Assembly (NCBI GenBank): GCA_963831325.1 | Contig: CAWHQA010000038.1 | Location: 290,907-354,906, forward strand | Length of the DNA stretch: 64,000 nucleotides | From: an uncultured Actinomycetes bacterium | GTDB lineage: Bacteria; Actinomycetota; UBA4738; HRBIN12 | Reading direction: 5' to 3' | In this document: in pieces, positions 55,595 to 63,838 of the stretch | Position numbering within the stretch: position 1 is the first letter of the stretch | Layout: each line of letters opens with the position of its first letter | Notes under the pieces: generated by a model | Seen by the model: the letters and a program-made list of their open reading frames with translations, nothing else | Told to the model about the DNA's origin: nothing | Databases searched by the model: none | Translations under genes and position numbers: made by a program

Positions 55595-56963
55595 TGGCGG
55601 CCCCTTCGCCTGGAGTGCTCTTGAGCTCGAAGGTGCCACCACCGACCTGAGCGCGCTCACGCATCATCGCCATGCCGAAGTGGCCCTCAGGCCCCGGCGC
55701 GCTGGTGTCGAAGCCCACGCCGTTGTCCCGGAGCTCGAGCACGATCGAGTCGGCGTCCTCATGCACCGCGATCCAGAAGTCGGCTGCGTTGGCATGCTTG
55801 AGCGAGTTCATGACCGCCTCACGTGCGATGTGGAAGATCAGCAAGGCGATCGGTGCGGGCAGAGGCATCTCGTCGATGTCGCGGTGGTAGGTCACGTTAG
55901 CGTCGCGGCCCACCTCGTCGGTGAACGACTCCAGGGCCTCGGCGAGGCCTTTCGCGCCCAGAGGTGATCTGTGCAGGTCCCGGATGAGCGCCCGGATGCG
56001 ATCGGAGGTCTCCTGCTTCGACTCGCGCACCTTCTCGAGCTGGTCGCGGACCGCCTGGATGTCGTTCTTCTCGAGCAGCTTACGCGCGACATCCACTTGG
56101 ATCGAGAGGCGGAATAGCACCTGCGCCAAGTCGTCGTGAAGATATCCGGCGATCTGGAGCCGTTCGTCGGCGCGCTCCTCCGCCATGGCGTTCGACAGCG
56201 TCTTCAACACCTGCTCCCGTTCCTGCAACTCCTTGTGCGCCTCCTCGAGCGCCTGAGACCGGAAGAACATCTGTCGCGCAAGCAGCGACGGCGCCAGGAA
56301 GGCAGGAATCGACCAGAACCCAATCTTGTTCGCGAAGATCGCGACGATTAGCCCCAGAACACCCAGACCCAAGTAGCTGACAAGAAACTCACTCAGCCTG
56401 CCAATCCGAAGCTCTCTAATCACCGTTGCCGGCGGAAGACCTACCCGCAGGCTGGTGAACACGGTCACCAGCGCAGTGTTGACCCCGTAATCAGCGATTG
56501 CGGCGACCATCGCGGGAATGATGAGCGTCCAGGTCGGAATCGTATTGATGCCATCAGGGCCTGCCAGCCAATGAAAGACCGAGCTTGCGAGCAAGACAGA
56601 AAGGCTGACCTGGCACCTATTGAAGAGCGCCCGGAGGAAGCTGACTTCCCGACGTAGTTCGCGCGGATCGAAGGAGCCGATCAATGCTGTCGCGGCGGCA
56701 GCGGGGGGGGCAAATAGGATCCCAACGGTCATGAGCAATGGGAAGCCAAGGCTGAGATGAACGCCCCGCCAAGCAGGAACGGGCAACAGCTCCACGGCCG
56801 CGATCAGAGCAGCCCAAAGGATGAGCTGAGCATTCAGGACGGAGGGATCCTTGGCAAGCAGGGTCGCGAGAAGCCCGAGCGCCGGACAGATTACGCATAG
56901 CTCGAACGCGAGGAGCGTTCGATTGCGGCGAGCGTCAATCGCGGGGGTCTCAAGACTTGTCAC
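55440..56963 (-). CDS. Sensor histidine kinase (HisKA_3/NarL-partner type) with polytopic N-terminal sensor domain; no adjacent response regulator
   Basis: 507 aa, GTG start. H-box AGYLHDDLAQ, N-box AREAVMNSLKHA, G-box DNGVGFD. The first ~230 aa contain about 7 TM segments. Confidence 0.9.
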   Translation of the reverse strand: MTSLETPAIDARRNRTLLAFELCVICPALGLLATLLAKDPSVLNAQLILWAALIAAVELLPVPAWRGVHLSLGFPLLMTVGILFAPPAAAATALIGSFDPRELRREVSFLRALFNRCQVSLSVLLASSVFHWLAGPDGINTIPTWTLIIPAMVAAIADYGVNTALVTVFTSLRVGLPPATVIRELRIGRLSEFLVSYLGLGVLGLIVAIFANKIGFWSIPAFLAPSLLARQMFFRSQALEEAHKELQEREQVLKTLSNAMAEERADERLQIAGYLHDDLAQVLFRLSIQVDVARKLLEKNDIQAVRDQLEKVRESKQETSDRIRALIRDLHRSPLGAKGLAEALESFTDEVGRDANVTYHRDIDEMPLPAPIALLIFHIAREAVMNSLKHANAADFWIAVHEDADSIVLELRDNGVGFDTSAPGPEGHFGMAMMRERAQVGGGTFELKSTPGEGAAITVKFPSSLLQAEAPPHAVTGGASDVAVGDASPGTSESTREDDDSPRSVPA

Positions 56964-57054
56964 CCCATCATCTTCGGTCCTCTGCGAGCCCTTTGAAAGT
57001 AGGACACATGGAGTCTCCGGAGCCTACGGCGCATGCAGTAGCGTCAACTCCCCG

Positions 57055-57108
57055 TTGTCCCCCATGCGGGGGTCCCCCGATAGTGGGCGATGTCCCCCGG
57101 ATGGGGGC
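57055..57108. repeat. Three spaced GTCCCCC motifs, two of which form C5-N4-G5 mini-hairpins, in the divergent region between the kinase and the sORF
   Basis: Read directly: GTCCCCC at 57057, 57072 and 57092. Hairpins: CCCCC-ATGC-GGGGG (57059..57072) and CCCCC-GGAT-GGGGG (57094..57107). Confidence 0.4.
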
Positions 57109-57156
57109 AAGCTTCACAACCAAAGAACGATGAACCGTCGGAGAAGGAGTCGGGCC

Positions 57157-57240
57157 ATGAAGATCGCTCGCAGGATTGCCATCGCTCTTGGCTCACTGCT
57201 TGCCATCGCTTTCGCGGGTGGCGCGCACTGGAAGGCCTGA
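57157..57240 (+). CDS. Candidate small ORF (27 aa) resembling a signal peptide or single-TM peptide
   Basis: MKIARRIAIALGSLLAIAFAGGAHWKA. An SD (GGAGAAGGAG) ends 7 nt upstream of the ATG. A strong hairpin follows 26 nt after the stop. It sits between the two paralogous kinases. An in-frame ATG at 57130 would add MNRRRRSRA. Confidence 0.3.
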   Translation: MKIARRIAIALGSLLAIAFAGGAHWKA

Positions 57241-57266
57241 GCCAGGCGAATCAACAGAAGCGCTGC

Positions 57267-57292
57267 GAAGCCCCGGCTCATTCCGGGGCTTC
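57267..57292. terminator. 10-bp-stem hairpin GAAGCCCCGG-CTCATT-CCGGGGCTTC between the convergent sORF and the second kinase (overlaps the kinase stop codon)
   Basis: Read directly. It is followed on the + strand by GTCATTTCT, a weak U-tract. Confidence 0.55.
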
Positions 57293-58807
57293 GTCATTTC
57301 TAGACGCAGGAATAAGGGCGCGAACGGTGGTTCCAGTCCCTAGGCCTGTCTGAAACTCCACGACGCCGTTCGCGGCCTTCACACGTTCAGCTATGAGGGC
57401 TAGTCCGAAGTGGTGGGATGAATCGACCTGACTCGGATCGAAGCCTACGCCGTCATCGGTCACCGTAAGGTCTAGCCCTTGGCTTGATTCGGAAACCTCC
57501 ACCGTGATCCGAGAGGCTCGCGAGTGCTTCGCCGCGTTGCTCATGGCTTCGCGAGCAAGCTGATAGCAAAGGAGCTCGGCGGCTTCGCAGCCTGAAACTC
57601 GGCCAGCTTCAATCACGAATCTGGGCGAGCCAGCTGACTCCAATCGTTGAGCGACCAGTCGGAGGCTTGCCGCCAAGCCTCCTGGGCCGACCTTGGCGAT
57701 CCGAAGTCCTCGCACGACGTCTCGAACCGCGGACTGCGCTATCTCAGTTGCGCTGAGCAGTTCGGGAAGGTCATCATCCAGGCTCAGCAGTCGACCTGAG
57801 GTCAGGTCCTGCCTCAGCACTTGACCCATCAGGTGGACCTTGAAGAGGGGCGGAAGTACCTCGTCGTGGAGTTCCCCAGCGAGTACCTGACGCTCGTCCT
57901 GCCGCTCCTCAGCGATGGCGTCCGTAGCTACTCGTAGGGCTTCGACCTGTTGATCGGAGACTCGCCTCAACTGAAGCACCTGACGGCTCTGTTCGAAGAC
58001 TCCCTTTGCCAGGGCAAGTGGCACGACGAAAGCCACAAAGCCCCTGAGGCCCATCGCTGCCATGGCCTCTGCCAAGAGCACGCTCATCAAGCCGTACGCC
58101 AGATACATGAGAGCAAAGAGCTGACGAGGACCGAGCTGGAGCTGTGACAGAGTCTTGGTGACTGGGTCGCCTGTCCGCACGGACGTCATGAGACCCACCA
58201 ACAAGTAGTTCAGCGAGATATCAGTGGCCAGGGCAAGGAAGCCTGCAATGAGCGACCCCGGCCACAGGCCCAGCTCTCCTCCTGCCATCAAGAAGACTAG
58301 TGAACCTCCCATGACGCTGATTGAAGTCTGCCCACGGTTGCAGAGAGCCCTTGACAGGCTTACCTCGTGACGCCATTCGCGAGGATCGATGTATGCCACC
58401 AAGGCAACAGCGCCACCTACTCCGGGCCCAAAGACCAGCCCAGCAGCCAAGAGCACGGGCATGTCCAGGGAGAGCGCAGTGGAGCTTCCGGAACGAACCG
58501 ACAGGAGACCAGCTAGAGCCGCAGCTGAGCCGAGGACCGTTAGTTCAAGCCAAGACGCGGCAGGATGATCCTGCTGGACACCGAACAGTACGCCGGCGAC
58601 AGCGGAGGCCGAGATTGCCAGAGCAAGCAGCCGGAATCGAGCTGGCTCGCCTTGCCTTTCCAATGATGGAGCGTGCGCTCTTCGAATGGCCGCATGGTCT
58701 GACAACTGGGCTCCTCCCCCCTTCGACGCCCCCCGCTCTCTGGGTGGTGAGAGGGTTCTACCCAACGGAGGTGACATGAGTAAAGGAGAGTGACAACACT
58801 TCTCCAC
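57278..58807 (-). CDS. Sensor histidine kinase, paralog of 55440..56963
   Basis: 509 aa with the same architecture. H-box AGELHDEVLPP, N-box AREAMSNAAKHS, G-box DDGVGFD. Shared membrane-domain motif DPRE[LW]R.EVS..RAL.NR.Q. The start is uncertain (GTG 58807 or ATG 58777). Confidence 0.9.
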   Translation of the reverse strand: MEKCCHSPLLMSPPLGRTLSPPRERGASKGGGAQLSDHAAIRRAHAPSLERQGEPARFRLLALAISASAVAGVLFGVQQDHPAASWLELTVLGSAAALAGLLSVRSGSSTALSLDMPVLLAAGLVFGPGVGGAVALVAYIDPREWRHEVSLSRALCNRGQTSISVMGGSLVFLMAGGELGLWPGSLIAGFLALATDISLNYLLVGLMTSVRTGDPVTKTLSQLQLGPRQLFALMYLAYGLMSVLLAEAMAAMGLRGFVAFVVPLALAKGVFEQSRQVLQLRRVSDQQVEALRVATDAIAEERQDERQVLAGELHDEVLPPLFKVHLMGQVLRQDLTSGRLLSLDDDLPELLSATEIAQSAVRDVVRGLRIAKVGPGGLAASLRLVAQRLESAGSPRFVIEAGRVSGCEAAELLCYQLAREAMSNAAKHSRASRITVEVSESSQGLDLTVTDDGVGFDPSQVDSSHHFGLALIAERVKAANGVVEFQTGLGTGTTVRALIPASRNDEAPE

Positions 58808-58934
58808 ATGGGCTTCGGACTTCCAGCTGCTGAGGCTATGAAAGGTCGATCCTGCCGGCCCGGGCTATGGAGCACGGCGTCGCACCCTCAGGGAGAGGCC
58901 TACGCCTTCCGCCGTTGGCTGAACCCGTGAGAGG

Positions 58935-59387
58935 ATGGAGGCTCCGATGAGCGAGCATCTCCATCGCCGTGACGTGTGGGGCGACGACCCCGAGGAACGT
59001 GACGCGAGCGAAGTCGTGGAGGAGCTGCTCGCAGAGCCGGGCATCGCGGGTAAGTGGCACGACCACCCCTCGATCGTCTGGGTCAAGGCCGTCGGCCGAT
59101 TCATCCGCCGAAGCGGCAAGCGCATCGCCGTCACGGTGGCCGGATTCCTTCTGCTGATCATCGCTGCGCTGATCATCCCGATCCCCGGACCGTGGTCGAT
59201 CCTGCTGGCGATCGTGGCGCTCAGCATCCTGGCGTCGGAGTACGTCTGGGCGCGTCGTCTGCTCGCCTTCGCCAAGCAGAAGACCGAACAGGTCAAGGGC
59301 GCAGTGCTGCAACGCCGCAACAACCGAGTGGAGGACGAGGCGCACCAGGGCCGGACTGTGCCGACCCCGACCGACGACGCCGCTTAG
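58935..59387 (+). CDS. PGPGW-domain small membrane protein
   Basis: 150 aa: VTVAGFLLLIIAALIIPIPGPWSILLAIVALSILASEYVWARRLL. Confidence 0.75.
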   Translation: MEAPMSEHLHRRDVWGDDPEERDASEVVEELLAEPGIAGKWHDHPSIVWVKAVGRFIRRSGKRIAVTVAGFLLLIIAALIIPIPGPWSILLAIVALSILASEYVWARRLLAFAKQKTEQVKGAVLQRRNNRVEDEAHQGRTVPTPTDDAA

Positions 59388-59494
59388 CCCTCCTTGCATG
59401 TCCGACGGTCCGATCCTGATCGGCACTCCGCCTGAGACGCAGGTTGCCCCTCGTTGGTGGAGCCTGACCCACGCGCACATGGCAAGCTACGGAG

Positions 59495-60043
59495 ATGAGC
59501 GAGTCCGCCGCGCTGCTCATCAGTGGCCCCCCGGGCTCGGGAAAAACCACTGTCGCACGCGTCCTCGCCGCCGAGTTTGAGCGATCTGTTCACCTTGAGT
59601 CGGATCTCTTCTTCGAGTTCATCGCCGCGGGCTACATCAAACCTTGGGAGGCACGATCGCGAGACCAAAACGAAGTCGTCATGCAGATCGTTTGCGAGGC
59701 TGCGGCCAGTTACGCAGCCGCCGGGTACTTCACGATCGTCGACGGGATATTCATTCCAGGCTGGCATTTCGAAACGGTCCGCGACTGTCTTCACAGCTGC
59801 GGGGTGAACGTGTCGTATGCGGTCCTTCGACCCTCGCTCACCACGGCGATCGGACGAGCCAGGCGGCGAGTTCCAAGGAAGTTCGCCGATGAGGCCGTCA
59901 TCGACCAGCTGTGGGAATCATTCAGGGACCTTGGTCGCCTTGAGCGCCACGCGATCGACAACGACGGCGCATCAGTAGAGCAGACAGCTGCGATCCTCTT
60001 TGAGGACCTTCGACAGGGGAGGCTACGAGCGTATCCGTCATGA
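59495..60043 (+). CDS. P-loop NTPase/kinase (AAA_33-like)
   Basis: 182 aa. Walker A LISGPPGSGKTT, Walker B-like FTIVDG. Its size and layout resemble small-molecule or nucleotide kinases. Confidence 0.75.
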   Translation: MSESAALLISGPPGSGKTTVARVLAAEFERSVHLESDLFFEFIAAGYIKPWEARSRDQNEVVMQIVCEAAASYAAAGYFTIVDGIFIPGWHFETVRDCLHSCGVNVSYAVLRPSLTTAIGRARRRVPRKFADEAVIDQLWESFRDLGRLERHAIDNDGASVEQTAAILFEDLRQGRLRAYPS

Positions 60044-60083
60044 GCCATTCCTCCTCTTCTCGGAAGGTCGGGACCGACTCGTG

Positions 60084-60581
60084 ATGCATCGGAGAGTCCT
60101 GGCCGGACTTGCGGCTTCGCTGCTCCTTGTGTCATGCACGGAGCCGGCGCGCGAAGCATCTGAATCCCACTCGCCCACCCTCGTGCCGTCGCGGCCCAGC
60201 GATGGCGCTGTGGGGCACGCCCGCATCACCGACCCCGCGTCACTGGCGACCGCGATCGCCGACGCAGGCTTCACGGTGGAAGCGGCGGATCGACCAGTTG
60301 GCGCCCCGTGGCGGGATGTTGCCGGGCTACCCCACGGATTCGTCATCGGCGGCGACGATCTGAAGGTCTTCGCGTATCCGAGTGCCCAAGCGCTGATGAA
60401 GATGGAATCCAGAGTCGAGCCGCGTGGTGACCTACTACCCGCGGAAGACGGCGGGATCGTCATGATCCAATGGAGTCAACCACCGTCGCTCTACACGCAC
60501 GGGCGACTGCTCGCGCTCTACTTCGGAAACGATCCGGCCGTTCGGGCGACCCTTGCCGACCTGCTCGGCAAGCCTCGCTAG
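60084..60581 (+). CDS. Hypothetical lipoprotein
   Basis: Start ATG 60084 (MHRRVLAGLAASLLLVSCTEP), with lipobox LLVSC. I recognise no domain. Confidence 0.65.
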   Translation: MHRRVLAGLAASLLLVSCTEPAREASESHSPTLVPSRPSDGAVGHARITDPASLATAIADAGFTVEAADRPVGAPWRDVAGLPHGFVIGGDDLKVFAYPSAQALMKMESRVEPRGDLLPAEDGGIVMIQWSQPPSLYTHGRLLALYFGNDPAVRATLADLLGKPR

Positions 60582-60586
60582 TGACG

Positions 60587-61564
60587 TCAAACCATGACGA
60601 CTGACTTGCCCTGGGTACGTCGCCGCTCAAGATCGCGGATCGCGTCGGGGACATCCCGCAGCTCGTAGGTCTTCCCGATCACCGGGGTGACCCTCCCGCC
60701 CTCGATGAGCTCTTTCAGCACGACCAGGTCCGCCCCGTTGTGCTTGACAGCGAGCGTGGCGAGCTTCTGGCTCACGAAGGGCGAGAGCGCGGGCGCCCAG
60801 ACCATGCGCCCGGCCTTCCCGACCCATTTCCCGCCTCCTTCACCCCCGACGATCACGAGGGTTCCCCGAGGTGCCAGCGCGTGCCGTAGCTCGGAGACCG
60901 GACGACCACCGGCAGTCTCGATGATGACGTCCCAGTGTCGGCCCATCTTCGTGAAGTCGTCCTGGGTGTAGTCGATCAGGTCCTCCGCGCCGATCGATCG
61001 GACGGCGTCGAGCTGCGCCGTGTTGCAAACACCGGTGACGTGAGCGCCCAAGGCCTTCGCGATCTGGACGGCGAACGACCCGACACCTCCGGCCGCGCCG
61101 ATGATTAGCACCCGCTGCCCCTGCTTCACCCCTCCCTTGTCACGGACAGCCTGGAGCGCGCTGGTGCCGGTGATGGCGACGGTCGCGGCATGCTCGTAGG
61201 TCAGGTTCGCGGGTTTGGGCGCGAGCAGACCCTCGGGGACCGATACGTACTCGGCGAAGGCACCCGAGCAGGTGCCGAACACGTCGTCGCCCTGGCGGAA
61301 CCGGGTGACACCCTCGCCGACGGCCTCGACGCGACCTGCCATCTCCTGACCCGCGACGCGGGCCTTGGGGCGGAGGAGGCCGAGCTTCGGGCGGATCGCA
61401 TACGGGAGGCCCGTGATGACATGCCAGTCGCCGATGAAGACACTCGCCGCATGAACGTTGACCAGCACCTCGCCGATCGCGGCTGTCGGCCGATCGATGT
61501 CCACAAAGACGAGATTGTCCGCCGTGCCGTACACGTCTTGGACGATGGCAACGATGGCTTTCAT
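60587..61564 (-). CDS. NAD(P)H:quinone oxidoreductase / zinc-type alcohol dehydrogenase-like (MDR) protein
   Basis: 325 aa: VNVHAASVFIGDWH, IIGAAGGVGSFAVQIAK. Confidence 0.9.
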   Translation of the reverse strand: MKAIVAIVQDVYGTADNLVFVDIDRPTAAIGEVLVNVHAASVFIGDWHVITGLPYAIRPKLGLLRPKARVAGQEMAGRVEAVGEGVTRFRQGDDVFGTCSGAFAEYVSVPEGLLAPKPANLTYEHAATVAITGTSALQAVRDKGGVKQGQRVLIIGAAGGVGSFAVQIAKALGAHVTGVCNTAQLDAVRSIGAEDLIDYTQDDFTKMGRHWDVIIETAGGRPVSELRHALAPRGTLVIVGGEGGGKWVGKAGRMVWAPALSPFVSQKLATLAVKHNGADLVVLKELIEGGRVTPVIGKTYELRDVPDAIRDLERRRTQGKSVVMV

Positions 61565-61704
61565 TCGGGGTCTCCCAGCCGAATCGCGGGCTCAGTCTGG
61601 CACCCTCTTGCAAGCCTTGCAGAACGCTTCGCACGCCTCAGGCTGTCGGGCGTTGGAGGTATCGTCCTTGACGGAGACGCGCGCAGAGAGCCGCGAATGT
61701 TGCC

Positions 61705-62649
61705 ATGCCGTCAGCATCCTCCCACCCCGGCCATGGGGCAACCGGCATCAAGATCGGCACGTCGAGCTGGACCGACCCCACGCTCATCAAAGACGGCAAC
61801 TTCTATCCGTCGGGCACCACCAGCGCGAAGGCACGGCTCGAGTTCTACGCATCGCGCTTCCCGCTCGTGGAGGTGGACTCGACCTATTACTTCCCGCCGA
61901 GCGAGAAGAACTCCGTGCTATGGATCGAGCGCACGCCGATGGAGTTCACGTTCAACATCAAGGCCTACTCGCTGCTGACGAATCACCCGACGCGCACCGA
62001 GTCGCTCTACAAGGATCTGGCCGCGGAGCTGCCGGCGGAGCTGCTCGAGAAGCGACGGATCTACCGCGACAAGCTTCCCGACGCGACGGTCGACGAGGTG
62101 TGGCAGCGCTTCCGCGACGCCCTCATGCCCCTGCACTCGGCGGGCAAGCTCGGCGCGGTGCTGTTCCAGTTCCCGCAGTGGTTCGTGATCTCGAAGAAGA
62201 ACAAGGCCTATATCGAGGAGTGCGCGGAGCGGCTGCCCGACTTCCGTGTGGCGATGGAGTTCCGGCACAAGAGCTGGATGGAGGATCGCAACGTCGAGGA
62301 GACGCTCGGCTTCCTGTCGGAGCGCGGCCTGCCGTACGTCTGCGTCGACATGCCGCAAGGCTTCGACTCGAGCCTGCCCCCGATCGCCGCAGTCACCGCC
62401 GACGATCTCGCGATGGTGCGCTTCCACGGCCGCGATCCGAAGGCGTGGCAGACGAAGTCCGAGACCGCGAGCGAGCGCTTCCGCTACGACTACACCGCCG
62501 CCGAGCTCCGCGAGTGGGTCCCGAAGCTCGAGGGGCTCGCAGGCCAGGCCCGCGAGACCCACGTGCTCATGAACAACTGCTACCGGGACTTCGCGGTCAG
62601 GAACGCGCGGGAGCTCGGCGACCTGCTCGACCTGGGCCTGCCCGACTGA
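61705..62649 (+). CDS. DUF72 (UPF0759) family protein
   Basis: 314 aa: IKIGTSSWTDP, FYASRFPLVEVDSTYY, FEFRHKSW, VRFHGR. Confidence 0.85.
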   Translation: MPSASSHPGHGATGIKIGTSSWTDPTLIKDGNFYPSGTTSAKARLEFYASRFPLVEVDSTYYFPPSEKNSVLWIERTPMEFTFNIKAYSLLTNHPTRTESLYKDLAAELPAELLEKRRIYRDKLPDATVDEVWQRFRDALMPLHSAGKLGAVLFQFPQWFVISKKNKAYIEECAERLPDFRVAMEFRHKSWMEDRNVEETLGFLSERGLPYVCVDMPQGFDSSLPPIAAVTADDLAMVRFHGRDPKAWQTKSETASERFRYDYTAAELREWVPKLEGLAGQARETHVLMNNCYRDFAVRNARELGDLLDLGLPD

Positions 62650-62710
62650 AGACGATGGCCCTTCGAGAGGTGGGAACGAGCGATCCGTTTGTGGTGTATC
62701 CAGACAGATC

Positions 62711-63802
62711 ATGTCGATGAAGCGAGGTCGTCGCCGGATCCGAGTGGGGTGCGGGGTCGTGCTGCTGGTCCAGGTGGCGTGCACGGCCTCGCCGAACGAT
62801 GGCATCGACGGTCCTCCCGAACCCTCGGCGAGCGCGGCATCGTTCGGGTCGGCCGGCGAGGCGACGATCGCGTTCCACTCCGATCCCGGGGGCCTCGACG
62901 ACACGTACGTGATGACCGAGACCGGCGCTGGCCTCGTTGCCGTCACGCAGGGCATGGAAACGATCGCCCAGCCGCACTGGTCGCCGGACGGAACACGCCT
63001 ATTAGTCGAGTGCTGCACGTCGGATCACGGACGGCTGTTCCTGATCGACGCTCCAGGAGCCGAGCCGATCGAGCTCGCTCCCCATATCAGGGGAGCGATA
63101 GGGCCGGCGTGGTCCCCCGACGGATCCACCATCGCGTTCGAGTCGATCGACGACCAGATGCTCTATCTGGTGGACGTCGGAGGCCCGACGATCGGCACGC
63201 CTCGCCTGCTCGGACCGTCGGGAGCCGGTTCCTCTTGGTCGTCCGACGGCGAGCGCATCGCGTACTTCGCCGACAGGAAGGGCAACGTCGACATCTACAC
63301 TGTGGCCATCGACGGGTCCGACGTCGAACGGCTGACGCGCGACGAGGCAGTGGACCATTCGCCGAGATGGTCCCCCGATGGCCGCATCGCGTTCGTGTCC
63401 GAGCGCGGTGGCGATCAGGACATCCTCGTGATGGACAGCGACGGGTCGAACCAGCTCGATGTCAGTCGGAACCCGTGGCCGGACGATTTCCCGGCCTGGT
63501 CCCCCGACGGGGATCTGATCGCGTACGTCGGCTACCTCCACCGCGCCGATCCCCTCACGCTCGGCGACGGGAACGCGGAGATCTACGTGGTCGCCGCGGA
63601 TGGCTCTTCCAACCGGCGGGTGAGTCGCCACGCGGCATGGGATGGCGACCCCTCATGGTCACCCGACGGGTCGGCGATCGCGTTCACCAGACGAACGGAC
63701 GAAGCGAGCGTGCACGTGATGAGTCTCGACGGGACCGGAGACCGCACGCTCGAAGGCGTGAGCGGACCGGCGAACGACTGCTGTCCGACATGGCGGCCGT
63801 GA
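62711..63802 (+). CDS. PD40/TolB-like beta-propeller repeat lipoprotein
   Basis: 363 aa. Lipobox LLVQVACT, then six repeats carrying W-S-P-D-G (WSPDGTRL, WSPDGSTIAF, WSSDGERIAY, WSPDGRIAF, WSPDGDLIAY, WSPDGSAIAF). Confidence 0.85.
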   Translation: MSMKRGRRRIRVGCGVVLLVQVACTASPNDGIDGPPEPSASAASFGSAGEATIAFHSDPGGLDDTYVMTETGAGLVAVTQGMETIAQPHWSPDGTRLLVECCTSDHGRLFLIDAPGAEPIELAPHIRGAIGPAWSPDGSTIAFESIDDQMLYLVDVGGPTIGTPRLLGPSGAGSSWSSDGERIAYFADRKGNVDIYTVAIDGSDVERLTRDEAVDHSPRWSPDGRIAFVSERGGDQDILVMDSDGSNQLDVSRNPWPDDFPAWSPDGDLIAYVGYLHRADPLTLGDGNAEIYVVAADGSSNRRVSRHAAWDGDPSWSPDGSAIAFTRRTDEASVHVMSLDGTGDRTLEGVSGPANDCCPTWRP

Positions 63803-63838
63803 GGCACCGTTCCCAGGAGCCGAGGCGCCGTCGCACTA

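Noticed and set aside
57130-57156. Twin-arginine (Tat) signal if the sORF starts at ATG 57130 (MNRRRRSRAMKI...)
   Set aside because: No SD precedes 57130, whereas a strong one precedes 57157. The RRRRSR stretch also lacks the S/T-R-R-x-F-L-K context.
55440-60581. Genomic island delivered by a mobile element or prophage
   Set aside because: GC is lower here, but I found no integrase, transposase, tRNA, direct-repeat borders or phage genes. I report only compositional atypicality.
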